50,306 bases of DNA from Thainema sp. (GCA_052168235.1 JBQLZK010000057.1:1-50306), one strand, 5' to 3'. Numbered from the stretch's first letter, positions 32,623 to 42,813 are shown. Notes: a model not told the origin generated them from the sequence alone. Translations and numbers: made by a program.

Positions 32623-33057
32623 TTATTCCGAACGGCGCAATACTAAAACTGGGCAGGACGCAAACCGCACAACCCGCTCGGCCACCGATCCCATGAAAAA
32701 GCGCCCTAACCCCGTGCGACCGTGTGACGGGATGATAATCAGGCTAACGTTGTTTTCCTTAGCAAAATCAATAATCTCAGAGCTTGGATCACCAATTGAA
32801 ACGTGAAAATGCATGCCCTCATGCTTGGGATCATCGAAGCGTTCTTTGAAGCGTTCTTGCACGTTATCAATGCGGGATGCGTCGTCTACCGTATTCCAGG
32901 TAATGCCAGGTTCACCGGGATAAAGGGGTGGTAAAACATGCATGATATAAAGCTGGGATGGGCTGTCCAGGTAAGCTAACGCTTTCTCCTGTGCCGCAAA
33001 CGACTCCTCAGAAAAATCGACGGGCACTAAAACGCGATCGGTGGCAAACAAACTCAT
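32623..33057 (-). CDS. Universal stress protein (UspA domain)
   Basis: VLVPVDFS and SHGRTG...GSVAERVVR.A.CPVLV. Confidence 0.93.
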   Translation of the reverse strand: MSLFATDRVLVPVDFSEESFAAQEKALAYLDSPSQLYIMHVLPPLYPGEPGITWNTVDDASRIDNVQERFKERFDDPKHEGMHFHVSIGDPSSEIIDFAKENNVSLIIIPSHGRTGLGRFFMGSVAERVVRFASCPVLVLRRSE

Positions 33058-33731
33058 ACTTCGCTCCAAAATTTTTTGATCATCAGACTTTAAAAGTTTA
33101 GATATTGGATTTTAGATCGTTCAGCCTTAACCGAAATTAAAGAATTGATCGATTCCTGGATATCAACACTCGATTACAACACTAAAATCCTAATACTGGT
33201 CGATGCGGTTCATTGGGTTAAGTGTTCACAGTGACCCGTTTGATTCATGGCTGATGCGATGTTTCATAAATAAATTTTAGTCGGTCATCTTAGCCAAGCC
33301 GCCTAATTCAAAAGGATCTACAGATTATCCTCAAAATTATTCATAACGCGATCTTTTGCTCGCGGATAGAACACAGCATGTTGACAAAATCTCAGTCTAT
33401 ATCTACCGGGATATGGAACACATGAATATTTATGATATTGTCATGACGCGCTGAGTCTACGTCCAGCCGAACAGGAAAACGGAAGTTTTAGAATTCAAGC
33501 GGTGTTTGCAAAATCTTTCTGCAATGCCTGCGAGACAAGGATTATAGCCAAATAGCAATCCTGTACAAGTTAACCTGAGCACATAAACTGTTGGGGAATT
33601 GATCATAGCCTATTCGCTATTTTCTCTAGATTGGACAGAGTTGAAATCCTGATTAAACCCTGCAAAATGTTGCGGAATAACATTGCTGGACTTGAAATAG
33701 CGATACATTAGTCTACTAACGTGGACACAGT

Positions 33732-35261
33732 ATGAATAATAAATCCATGAAAAGAATCTGGCTTTATATTTGCCTCTTCCTATTAATTCCGACCGTTGCA
33801 CTGGCACAGGAAGAGGCGGCAGCAGGAGGCTTAATTGGCGGGCTTAATGCTGCATTTTCTAACTTTGTGGAGGCAGTTTTTAGCGTTCTCTTCTTCAGTA
33901 TTGGCGGATTTCCGCTGATTGTGCTGTGGCTGATTGGTGGCGCAGTTTTTTTTACGCTCCGTATGGGATTCGTCAATATTCGGGCTTTTCGCCATGCAAT
34001 TGACGTGGTGCGTGGCAAGTACGATGACCCTAACGAAGAGGGTGAAGTTTCGCACTTTCAGGCGCTCTCAACAGCGCTATCGGCCACGGTTGGTTTAGGA
34101 AACATCGCTGGGGTTGCGATCGCAATCAGCATTGGTGGCCCCGGCGCGGCTCTGTGGATGACCCTCGGCGGTTTCTTCGGCATGAGCAGCAAGTTCGTTG
34201 AATGCACGCTGGGCCAAAAGTACCGTGTGACCAAGCCCGACGGTACGGTGTCCGGCGGCCCCATGCACTACCTGTCGAAGGGGCTAGCTGACATGGGCCA
34301 TCGCACCTTTGGTAAAGTGCTGGCGATTCTGTTTTCGTTCCTGGCGATTTGCGGTGCCTTTGGTGGCGCGAGCATGTTCCAGGCCAATCAGTCCTATGGT
34401 GCTGTTTCTACCGTACTGCCCATGCCGGGCTGGCTGTACGGTTTAATTCTGGTTTCCCTGGTTGCACTGGTGATCATTGGCGGCATTCAGCGGATCGGGA
34501 TGGTTGCAGGCACCATCGTGCCGCTGATGTGCGTGATTTATGTAGCCGCTTCTCTATGGATTTTGCTGGTTAACTTCACGGCAATTCCATCTGCGATCGC
34601 AACTATTTTGGGTAGCGCCTTCTCACCAGGAGCAATCGAAGGTGGCGTCGTCGGCGTGATTGTGCAAGGTTTACGTCGTTCCGCCTTTTCCAACGAAGCG
34701 GGCATTGGTTCAGCTGCGATCGCGCATTCTGCCGCTCGTACCGAAGAGCCTGTTCGCGAAGGAATTGTGGCGCTGCTGGAGCCGTTCATCGATACGATTG
34801 TGGTCTGCAACATGACCGCACTAGTCGTCGTGATTACAGGCGTTTATGCCGACCCGCAGTTCGCTGAACTCGGCGGCGCGGAGCTTACTTCTGCCGCATT
34901 TGGCACCGTCATCGGTTGGTTCCCCGCCGTTCTGGCCGTTTCCGTCTTCTTCTTTGCCTTCTCCACTATGATTTCCTGGGGATATTATGGTGAGCGCTCC
35001 TGGGATTACCTATTTGGCGAAGGCAGCCTGATTGTCTACAAAATCTTGTTCTTGCTGGCCATCTTCATTGGCTCCATTGCCAATCCCACTGCCGTTATCG
35101 ATTTCAGTGACGGTATGCTGCTGGCAATGGCCTTCCCTAATCTTTTGGGAGCCTATTTCTTGTCTAATCAAGTGGCGCTGGATCTCAAAAATTACATGCT
35201 GCGCCTCAAGCGTGGTGAACTGCTCACCGCTGAGCAGCGCCAGCTACAAGAAGTTGCCTAA
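33732..35261 (+). CDS. agcS: Alanine/glycine:cation symporter (AGCS)
   Basis: ATVGLGNIAGVA, GGPGA, GGPM, FSNEAGIGS and EPFIDT. Confidence 0.93.
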   Translation: MNNKSMKRIWLYICLFLLIPTVALAQEEAAAGGLIGGLNAAFSNFVEAVFSVLFFSIGGFPLIVLWLIGGAVFFTLRMGFVNIRAFRHAIDVVRGKYDDPNEEGEVSHFQALSTALSATVGLGNIAGVAIAISIGGPGAALWMTLGGFFGMSSKFVECTLGQKYRVTKPDGTVSGGPMHYLSKGLADMGHRTFGKVLAILFSFLAICGAFGGASMFQANQSYGAVSTVLPMPGWLYGLILVSLVALVIIGGIQRIGMVAGTIVPLMCVIYVAASLWILLVNFTAIPSAIATILGSAFSPGAIEGGVVGVIVQGLRRSAFSNEAGIGSAAIAHSAARTEEPVREGIVALLEPFIDTIVVCNMTALVVVITGVYADPQFAELGGAELTSAAFGTVIGWFPAVLAVSVFFFAFSTMISWGYYGERSWDYLFGEGSLIVYKILFLLAIFIGSIANPTAVIDFSDGMLLAMAFPNLLGAYFLSNQVALDLKNYMLRLKRGELLTAEQRQLQEVA

Positions 35262-35285
35262 TATTAAGTCTGCGTATAAGAACCC

Positions 35286-35338
35286 AATTTATTTTTCGTG
35301 AAACGTTTGCTCCGCAAACGTTTCACGAAAAATAAATT
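35286..35338. repeat. Perfect palindrome with 25-bp arms
   Basis: AATTTATTTTTCGTGAAACGTTTGC-TCC-GCAAACGTTTCACGAAAAATAAATT; a GGCTATA end follows at ~35380. Confidence 0.75.
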
Positions 35339-35394
35339 ATGGGTTTTTCGATTAGAGTTGATACAACACGACTGGCTATATTTTTAGAACCCCG

Positions 35395-35439
35395 CAAAAG
35401 CTGAAATCGCCGCGCGATACGCGGCGATTTCAGCTTTTG
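35395..35439. repeat. Perfect palindrome with 20-bp arms
   Basis: CAAAAGCTGAAATCGCCGCG-CGATA-CGCGGCGATTTCAGCTTTTG. Confidence 0.75.
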
Positions 35440-35444
35440 GCGGT

Positions 35445-35768
35445 TTAGTCATGGGAAATCGACGATTCTTGCGTTTCAGACAGTGGCCGACCGTTGACCG
35501 AGTTTAGCTGAAACCGCACATCATCAATCGCTTCATTAAGCTGTGCAATTTTATCTTCCAAACCGCGTCGGGCGGCTTCCATTTCCTCTTCGGTCGAAAA
35601 TGTCATCTCAGACTGACGCTTGCGGCGCTCCCGCTTTTTGCTGATGGATTCGTCTTCTTCAGATGCTAAACGGGATGCAGCGAGAACACCCGCCACGCCG
35701 CCAACTACGCCGCCAACCAGCGTGCCTAATAAAAAACCACCTAAAAAATTGCCGTTGCGATCGCTCAT
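35445..35768 (-). CDS. Conserved cyanobacterial membrane-anchored coiled-coil protein downstream of upp
   Basis: Gly-rich TM FLGGFLLGTLVGGVVGG and ARRGLEDKIAQLNEAIDDVR. Confidence 0.8.
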   Translation of the reverse strand: MSDRNGNFLGGFLLGTLVGGVVGGVAGVLAASRLASEEDESISKKRERRKRQSEMTFSTEEEMEAARRGLEDKIAQLNEAIDDVRFQLNSVNGRPLSETQESSISHD

Positions 35769-35948
35769 AACTTTAATCTCTATCCGTCAGTGAATAAGTT
35801 TGGTTTGTGAATCCGTTTGTCAATCTGTCTATTATCCGATGATTTGCTGATTCAAATGGTTCGTTAATCGATTGGCTCAGCAGACTGAAGCTCTGATTAG
35901 TTGATCCGCTTCATGAAAGAGTTGTTAATCCGTTTCCTAGTTTGTTCC

Positions 35949-36605
35949 CTAGTCCATTGTGCCAAAAGTGCGATCGCCCGCATCTCCCAATCCGGGCACA
36001 ATATACCCGTTCTCGTCTAATCCTTCATCAATGGCAGCCGTATAAATCACCAGAGCGGGATAGGCATCTGCTAGCTTCTGTAGCGCTTGGGGAGCAGCCA
36101 CAATTGAAATAATGCGAATCAATGCTGGATCAGCGCCACGATTAATTAAGTCAGCCATTGTTGCCGTGATGGTGCCGCCTGTTGCCAGCATCGGCTCAGT
36201 AATTAAAATCCGCGTCTCAGGATCAATCTGTTTCGGCAGCTTGCTCAAATAGCAGCTTGCTTCCAGTGTCTCCTCATTGCGGACGTAGCCGACGTGATAG
36301 ATCGAAGCCAGCGGCAAGAGAGCCTGCGCCCCCTCAATCAGCGCTAAACCGGCCCGCAAAATCGGCACAATCGCTACGGGAGTTTCTGGATTGATAAACG
36401 ACGCATCGCAAGGGGCAAGCGGTGTATCGATTTGAGTATCAATGGTCGGTAACCAGTCCCGGCTGGCTTCGTAGGTCAACCAGCGCCCCAATTCCGTCAT
36501 GGCGCTGCGAAATAGCACAGAGGGAGTCGCTTCATCGCGTGCGACCGAAAGCCAGTGCCGAATCAGCGGATGGGGCGGAACATGGACGCGCAGTTGCAAA
36601 GCCAT
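35949..36605 (-). CDS. upp: Uracil phosphoribosyltransferase
   Basis: HPLI, PILRAGL, PMLATGG and YIVPGLGDAGDR. Confidence 0.97.
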   Translation of the reverse strand: MALQLRVHVPPHPLIRHWLSVARDEATPSVLFRSAMTELGRWLTYEASRDWLPTIDTQIDTPLAPCDASFINPETPVAIVPILRAGLALIEGAQALLPLASIYHVGYVRNEETLEASCYLSKLPKQIDPETRILITEPMLATGGTITATMADLINRGADPALIRIISIVAAPQALQKLADAYPALVIYTAAIDEGLDENGYIVPGLGDAGDRTFGTMD

Positions 36606-36799
36606 AATGCAGAAAACCTAAGCCACAAAAATCATCAAATCGGCTTCATCATACTGGATATCCTGGTCATTCTGCTGACTCAAGTTGTACTGGGGTATTT
36701 ACATCTTGCGCCGTATTCCCGTTGAGCTTGATGGAGAAACTTCTGGTCTCCAGATTGGCTGCGTCGGAACACGGTATTGCCGTATTCTAGTAATTGCCA

Positions 36800-36847
36800 C
36801 AAATTCTCAATATTTGTATTGACATTAATTCTCATTAAATTTACACT
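36800..36847 (+). promoter_or_regulatory. Sigma70 promoter with overlapping FurA-like boxes
   Basis: TTGACA (36819-36824), 17 bp, TACACT (36842-36847); AAATTCTCAATA and TAATTCTCATTA motifs overlap it. Confidence 0.7.
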
Positions 36848-36966
36848 GATGTCAGTTGTTAAGTTAAAACGAAGGGAGTTGGCGCAAACCTCTAAAGTTT
36901 GCACAGTCACAAGACGAACGGCCTTTGTGACAAGCCTTCAGGTCAAACTCTAATAACAAACTATGT

Positions 36967-37025
36967 AGTGTTCTCCTCTCTCAGGATCGGTAGGGCGGGC
37001 TGGCAATGACCAGCCCGTTTTTTTT
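36967..37025 (+). ncRNA. isaR1: IsaR1 iron-stress sRNA (conserved core plus terminator)
   Basis: AGTGTTCTCCTCTCTCAGGATCGG seed region, then hairpin CGGGCTGG..CCAGCCCG and a T8 tract; divergent from upp; Fur-box promoter upstream. Confidence 0.8.
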
Positions 37026-37270
37026 GCTATCTTGCCGCCATGATTCAGATAGTGTGTTCACATACATAGTTGAGAACTATATGCAAGAGTATGGCGCTAC
37101 CAATTCTTTGTTTAAAGGCGATTAGGGTTGAAAGACCGCACTTTAAAGAGTGAAGAGTAATGCAAACGGAGTAAAGGGTGAGAAGTCGTGAGAGTCTGTA
37201 AAGATCAGAACCCAGAACCTAGCACTCAATACCTAGCACCACCTACACCAACTGTTGAGACAAACAATGA

Positions 37271-37774
37271 TCAGCGCCCAGCCTGACCTACAGCCAGGTC
37301 ATCATGTAGCAAATCATCGCGTAGATAAAGATACCTCTTCCCTTTCTCGGTCAGTTTGACGTGTTGGTTTAACTGTCCCGTTTCTGGTAGTTCATCCAAG
37401 TTTGTTCGGACTTCAAGAAAGTCAATCGTTTGCAGCCGCTTGAGTGCTCCTTTGCACTCTGGAGTAATTTCATAGTGGAGGGAATTTTTTCTACCGTCCC
37501 CATTCTCTTCATCGAGTTGCTGTAACTGCTTCAACTCGTTTGGCGAGACAAAGCTGGTGAGTAACAGCTTCAGCGACTCAACGTAGGTTTGTTTGGCTTC
37601 TTCAATTTCAAACGGGCCAATTTTGGCTTTTTGAACGTTGTTGCCTGAAACCTTCTCTAGCAAGTTGAACAGAGGCTTGCGAAAGAAAACTAAGACCAGA
37701 GCAATAACCAGCGGCCAAGACAGCAGCATTGGGCCTACAACTGAAATCCAGTCAAACAGGGAATGGTTTTCCAC
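37271..37774 (-). CDS. Hypothetical membrane-anchored protein
   Basis: N-terminal TM (LLSWPLVIALVLVFFRKP) and C-terminal LTEKGKRYL; 18 bp downstream of the glucosidase. Confidence 0.7.
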   Translation of the reverse strand: MENHSLFDWISVVGPMLLSWPLVIALVLVFFRKPLFNLLEKVSGNNVQKAKIGPFEIEEAKQTYVESLKLLLTSFVSPNELKQLQQLDEENGDGRKNSLHYEITPECKGALKRLQTIDFLEVRTNLDELPETGQLNQHVKLTEKGKRYLYLRDDLLHDDLAVGQAGR

Positions 37775-37792
37775 TCCAATTACCTCCAGCGG

Positions 37793-39526
37793 TTAGTCTG
37801 AAACCAGCGTGCCGAAGAATACGCCGTAGCTCGACAGCTCAACCGTGTCTTTGTAGCGCCGACTGATGAAGTCGATTTCCTCAGCGTCAACGCAGTTGGG
37901 AAACGGCGATAGATCAAAGTGAACTGGCATGGGACTGATGTTAAACAGACACAGCAAAGTTTGGCGATCGCAACTGCGGATAAAGCCCAAAACTGGCTCA
38001 GGTGTGTCAAGCAACTGCAAGTCACCTGTATCTAGGGCAGGTTGGGTTTTGCGCCAGCTAATCAGGCGACGGTACTTATTCAACAGCGAAGAGGGACTGC
38101 TTTCCTGCTGATCCACTGCCGAATGATAGTGATCCTCTGGAATCGGGAGCCAGGGTTCCTCCGCTGTCGTGAAGCCCGCGTTTGGCGCATCGCCCTGCCA
38201 CGGCATCGGCGTACGGGAGCCGTCGCGGCCCTTAATTACGGGATATCCTGCGATGCCAAACGGATCGCGCATTTTTTCGAAGGGAATTTCAGCCTGCGTG
38301 AGGCCCAACTCGTCGCCTTGGTAGATACAGCAGCTACCGCGCAGGCAGATCAGCAGGGCTGCAAACATGTGGTCAAAGGCTTCGTGTGTAAACTCATCGT
38401 CAATTAGGTACTTGCGCCAGCGGGACTTCAAGCGCGGGAAGTCATGGGTTCCACCCGTCCAGCAGATGATGCCTTCCCCCATTTCCTGCTCAACCCGCGC
38501 AATGGTGCGGTACAGCAGTTCCGACGTTAGCGGTTCATCGCTCATCAGCGACGAGTTGTAGGCCATGTGTAGCCGATTGCTGCCGCTGACATAGGCGCTG
38601 GAAGTTGCGATCGCATCTTCGGTAGAGCTAATCTCGGCCAGAGTCGTTGTGCCGGGATATTCATCCATCAGCGACCGAATGCTTTCCAGTAATAGGAGCG
38701 TTTCCGGCTGATCCAGGTTGTAGAGATTGACCTGACTGAAAAAGGGGTCATTTAATCCCGCACCCGCTGGACGAGGCTGATCGTCAAGCCGAAGGGGATT
38801 TTCCCGCAGTTGGCGGTCGTGGGTCAGGAAGTTAATCACGTCGAGGCGGAAACCATCCACGCCCATATCGAGCCAAAAGCGCGCCACATCCTGAATCGCT
38901 TTCACCACTTCCGGATTGTGCCAGTTCAAATCCGGCTGCTCGGCTAAGAAGTTGTGCAGATAATACTGCTGCCGCTGGGCATCCCAAGACCAGGCGCTGC
39001 CACCGAACGTAGACCGCCAGTTTGTAGGCAATCCACCATCCGGTTTGGCATCCGCCCAGACATACCAGTCAGCTTTGGGATTGGTGCAATCTTGCCGACT
39101 TTCTAGAAACCAGGGATGCTCATTGGACGTATGATTCCACACCTGGTCGATCAGCACCTTCAAACCCAAATCATGCGCTTTGTTCAGCAGCTTTTGAAAA
39201 TCCTCGATCGTACCAAACATGGGTTCAACGGCCCGATAGTCGGAAATATCGTAGCCAAAGTCCTTCATCGGCGACTTGAAGAACGGCGAAATCCAGACGG
39301 CATCCACGTCCAGCGACGCAATATAGTCCAGCTTTTGCATAATGCCCGGCAAATCACCAACCCCATCGCCGTTACTGTCCATAAAGCTACGAGGATAAAC
39401 CTGATAGATGACAGCACTACGCCACCAATCAGCCCCAGATTTTGCTAACGTCAACGCTTGATCAGTTTGATTAGCCTGAGTATTTTTTGCTGATTGTAAT
39501 TGCATAGAGAAGTTGGAGATTGACAA
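37793..39526 (-). CDS. GH13 alpha-glucosidase (start may be ATG 39505)
   Basis: YQVYPRSF, DFGYD, NHTS, GFRLDV, AEI, THD, YQGDELG and RDGSRTPMPW. Confidence 0.93.
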   Translation of the reverse strand: MSISNFSMQLQSAKNTQANQTDQALTLAKSGADWWRSAVIYQVYPRSFMDSNGDGVGDLPGIMQKLDYIASLDVDAVWISPFFKSPMKDFGYDISDYRAVEPMFGTIEDFQKLLNKAHDLGLKVLIDQVWNHTSNEHPWFLESRQDCTNPKADWYVWADAKPDGGLPTNWRSTFGGSAWSWDAQRQQYYLHNFLAEQPDLNWHNPEVVKAIQDVARFWLDMGVDGFRLDVINFLTHDRQLRENPLRLDDQPRPAGAGLNDPFFSQVNLYNLDQPETLLLLESIRSLMDEYPGTTTLAEISSTEDAIATSSAYVSGSNRLHMAYNSSLMSDEPLTSELLYRTIARVEQEMGEGIICWTGGTHDFPRLKSRWRKYLIDDEFTHEAFDHMFAALLICLRGSCCIYQGDELGLTQAEIPFEKMRDPFGIAGYPVIKGRDGSRTPMPWQGDAPNAGFTTAEEPWLPIPEDHYHSAVDQQESSPSSLLNKYRRLISWRKTQPALDTGDLQLLDTPEPVLGFIRSCDRQTLLCLFNISPMPVHFDLSPFPNCVDAEEIDFISRRYKDTVELSSYGVFFGTLVSD

Positions 39527-39545
39527 CGATTGGGAATGGGGGAGA

Positions 39546-39790
39546 GGGGTAGATGGGTGGATGGGTAGGGATGGGTTAGTTCATGGTTGATGGTAAATCG
39601 GTTAGTAGTTGATGGTTGATAGTTGATGGTTGATAGTTGATGGTTAGTAGTTGATGGTTGATGGTTGATAGAGAAGGAGTGATAGATAAGTTGAGGGATT
39701 GAGGTAATAGGAATTGGTTGGAGCAAGGAGTGCGATCGCACCCAACTATCAACTACCAACCATTAACTATTAACTACTAACCATGAACCA
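39546..39790. repeat. Heptamer STRR tract (TRGTTGA)n with an inverted copy
   Basis: TGGTTGA/TAGTTGA units at 39584-39670 and complementary CAACTAT/TAACTAY units at 39743-39790. Confidence 0.85.
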
Positions 39791-41590
39791 CTAACCACTC
39801 ACCCTTTCCTCCAAATTTGCAAAGAACGCACTATACCCAGCCAGCTTAATTTGACCCTTGACTCGTTCAACATTAAAGCCAACATCTTCCGGTTCGAAAT
39901 CCCCGAAAGGTCGGAGATCGTACTCAATCGGTTGGTCACTAATGTTGAACAGGCACAGCAGGCGCTGTTCGGCGTATTCGCGAATAAAGCCAAATAGCGG
40001 TTCTTCCGTATCAATGAGCTGGAAGTCGCCAGCGATTAAGGCAGGCTGCTGTTTGCGCCAGTGCAGCAAGCGTCGCCAGGTATTGAGCAACGAATGAGGA
40101 TCCTGGGTTTGCCGATCAACGGCATAGGATAGGTGGCCTCTGGGAATCGGCAGCCACGGTTCCGCATCCGGTGCCGTAAAGCCAGCATTGGGAGTATCCG
40201 CATACCAAGGCATGGGAGTACGGGAACCATCTCGACCGTGAACAACCGGATAAAGCGCCTTACCAAACGGGTCGCGAATCTTATCTTCTGGAATATCCTT
40301 AGGAATCTGGGCCTCGGGCAAGCCCAACTCATCGCCTTGGTACAGGCACAGCGCCCCTGGCAGAGAGATCAGCATTGCCGCAATCATGTAGTAAAACTCA
40401 TCCGGGTAGGGCTGACCGTTGGCGTCTTCGCCCGACCAGCGCGATCGCAATCGACCATAGTCATGATTACCGACCATCCAGCACTGACCACCTTGATTAA
40501 AATGCTGTTGCACTCGCTGCACAGTCTCTTTCATCAACTGGGCCGAAATCGGTTCATCGACCAGTAAAGCACTGTTATAAGCTAGGTGCAGGCGATCGTT
40601 ACCTTTCACGTACTGACTTGATAAATCAATCGAGTCTTCGCACAGCGTCACTTCGCCCAGCGTCATTACGTCTGGATACTGATCGATTAGTTCTCGAATT
40701 GGCTTCAGCAGATCCAGGTTCTCAGGCCGACAGAAATTATATTCAAATAAATGCTGCACCATTGGGTTATCAGCATCTACACCATCGGGCATGGGTGAAC
40801 CTTCAGGTCGAGGCGGATTGTCCCGCAGTTCTGCGTCGTGTAAAAAGAAATTCACTGCATCCAATCGGAAGCCATCGACACCCCGATCGAGCCAGAATTT
40901 TGCGCGGTTTAAAATCGCGTCAATCACATCAGGATTATGCCAATTCAGCTCTGGCTGACTGGGCAAAAAGTTGTACATGTAGTACTGTTCACGATGTTCG
41001 TCCCACTTCCAAGCACTTTCGCCCATGAATGCCGATAGCCAGTTATTTGGAGGAGAACCATCTTCTTTGGCATCAGCCCAAATAAACCAGTCAGCCTTAT
41101 CGTTCGTGCGATTTTTGCGGCTTTCAGCAAACCAAGGATGTTTATCAGAGGTATGATTCCAAACTTGGTCAATGAGGACTTTGATGCCAAACGCATGGGA
41201 AATTTCAACTAAACTGTCGAAGATATTTAAGTCACCAAATAGCGGATCAATATTCAGCATATCGGTTACGTCATAGCCCAAATCATTCATGGGCGATTCA
41301 TAAATGGGGCATAGCCAGATTGCATCAACTCCAAGGGATGCAATGTAATCCATCTTTTCGATAATGCCAGCTAAATCGCCTGCACCATTACCATCTGAAT
41401 CACAAAAACTCCAGGGGTAAATTTGGTAAATGACAGCATGCTGCCACCAGTGCCCCTGATGCGTCATGCGATTCGCATCTTCCCACATCCAAGCGCGGCG
41501 ATTGATCACTGGATTGCGCCACCAAGGAGTAGTATTGTGCTGTTTTGCAGCATTCTGTTGATTCGGATTTTGCTTGATTGAAAAATTCAT
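39791..41590 (-). CDS. GH13 alpha-glucosidase (tandem paralog)
   Basis: YQIYPWSF, DLGYD, NHTS, GFRLDA, GEV, NHD, YQGDELG and RDGSRTPMPW. Confidence 0.93.
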   Translation of the reverse strand: MNFSIKQNPNQQNAAKQHNTTPWWRNPVINRRAWMWEDANRMTHQGHWWQHAVIYQIYPWSFCDSDGNGAGDLAGIIEKMDYIASLGVDAIWLCPIYESPMNDLGYDVTDMLNIDPLFGDLNIFDSLVEISHAFGIKVLIDQVWNHTSDKHPWFAESRKNRTNDKADWFIWADAKEDGSPPNNWLSAFMGESAWKWDEHREQYYMYNFLPSQPELNWHNPDVIDAILNRAKFWLDRGVDGFRLDAVNFFLHDAELRDNPPRPEGSPMPDGVDADNPMVQHLFEYNFCRPENLDLLKPIRELIDQYPDVMTLGEVTLCEDSIDLSSQYVKGNDRLHLAYNSALLVDEPISAQLMKETVQRVQQHFNQGGQCWMVGNHDYGRLRSRWSGEDANGQPYPDEFYYMIAAMLISLPGALCLYQGDELGLPEAQIPKDIPEDKIRDPFGKALYPVVHGRDGSRTPMPWYADTPNAGFTAPDAEPWLPIPRGHLSYAVDRQTQDPHSLLNTWRRLLHWRKQQPALIAGDFQLIDTEEPLFGFIREYAEQRLLCLFNISDQPIEYDLRPFGDFEPEDVGFNVERVKGQIKLAGYSAFFANLEERVSG

Positions 41591-42144
41591 AAGTCGCGGT
41601 CAAAAAATGTAAGTCCTACTCTGAACAGGCTCAGCGAAATAGTTGACTACCTGCTTTTATGGTTATTTTTGTAGCTATTACTGTTGTTGATCTATCTGTG
41701 ATTGATAATTTTTGGCCCAATGTGTTAAGCCACATGTTATGGAAACAAGGTGAAAAAATTAGTTAGGTCAATTAGTCGGTATTCCAAAAGAGATTTTGAA
41801 AACTGAATCTCTGGTAAGTTTTACCTTCTGTAAGAGGCAAATGGTGAATGAGTAATATTGCTTAGCTTGGATATATTTGGTCAAACCAAATTTAATCTAG
41901 ATCAACACAATCAACGCATGATCAATGCTGAGTGAATAGCTCATTAATAAGTTCTTTCAGTAAGTGTTCTAATGAGACACTAGATAGAAACAATTAGTGA
42001 AAGAATAGAGAATAAAGGTATACACTTCAGCGTTCTCAGTAGTACTTAGAATAAGGTAGCAACTTCGGCTTTGTAATGAATCGAAAGGACGATACAGCTT
42101 GGTCTGAAGGCGGATTTAAACATAAGTTTGCTAACTAAATTCAT

Positions 42145-42813
42145 TTAACGAAAGGCAAATGCGATCGCAAATCCACCAAAGCTCGTAATCATTAGTCCTG
42201 ATAGTCGATTGACCCACTTTAAATGAGTCGCCGTTAATCGCGATCGCAGCAAAGCTGTACCGCTGCTCAGCAGCAACCACCACAGCGCTGAACCACAAAA
42301 AACGCCAATAATCAATACCACTGCGAGATGAAGTGTTGGTAGAGCTGCAATGCCTAAACTCGCGAAAATTGCCGTGAACGAAAGGATGGTGGCGGGGTTG
42401 GTCAGCGTCAGAAGTAGGGTTGTGGCGTAGTGGGTGGCTAGGGAGATAGAGGGGGCAGGGGAGCGATGAAGGGGCAGGGGAGATGGGGAGCCGGGGGAGT
42501 CAGAGAGAGTTGCGTGGGTGGTTTGGGCGTGGCGTAGGGTGCGAAGGCCGAGATAGCACAGGAAGCTGCCGCCAATCAGTTGGAGCGGGGTTTGCTGGTT
42601 GACCAGTAGACCCGCGATCGCAGTTAGGCCGAATCCGGCAATGCTGCCGTAGATGGCATCGGCAGTAGCGGCACCGAGACCCGACACTAAGCCGGATAAC
42701 CAGCCGTAGGTGAGCGTTTGTCGAATGCAGAGAACCCCAATTGGCCCCACTGGAGCTGCGATCGCAAATCCCAATATCAGTCCTCGCAAGCCAATCCACA
42801 GTACGCTGTCCAT
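42145..42813 (-). CDS. LysE family translocator
   Basis: IAAPVGPIGVLCI, G.GAATADAIY, TLTNPATILSF and GSALWW. Confidence 0.93.
   Translation of the reverse strand: MDSVLWIGLRGLILGFAIAAPVGPIGVLCIRQTLTYGWLSGLVSGLGAATADAIYGSIAGFGLTAIAGLLVNQQTPLQLIGGSFLCYLGLRTLRHAQTTHATLSDSPGSPSPLPLHRSPAPSISLATHYATTLLLTLTNPATILSFTAIFASLGIAALPTLHLAVVLIIGVFCGSALWWLLLSSGTALLRSRLTATHLKWVNRLSGLMITSFGGFAIAFAFR

Noticed and set aside
36849..36953. 34-codon ORF in the IsaR1 leader
   Set aside because: Its ATG lies 1 nt after the predicted -10 box, upstream of the TSS, and has no usable RBS.
37110..37150. GGGTTGAAAG (37125-37134), resembling the 3' end of type V-K CRISPR repeats
   Set aside because: Single occurrence with no repeat-spacer periodicity and no cas12k or tns genes.
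39451..39759. 102-aa ORF with STTNHQ repeats
   Set aside because: Translation of the heptamer repeat tract.
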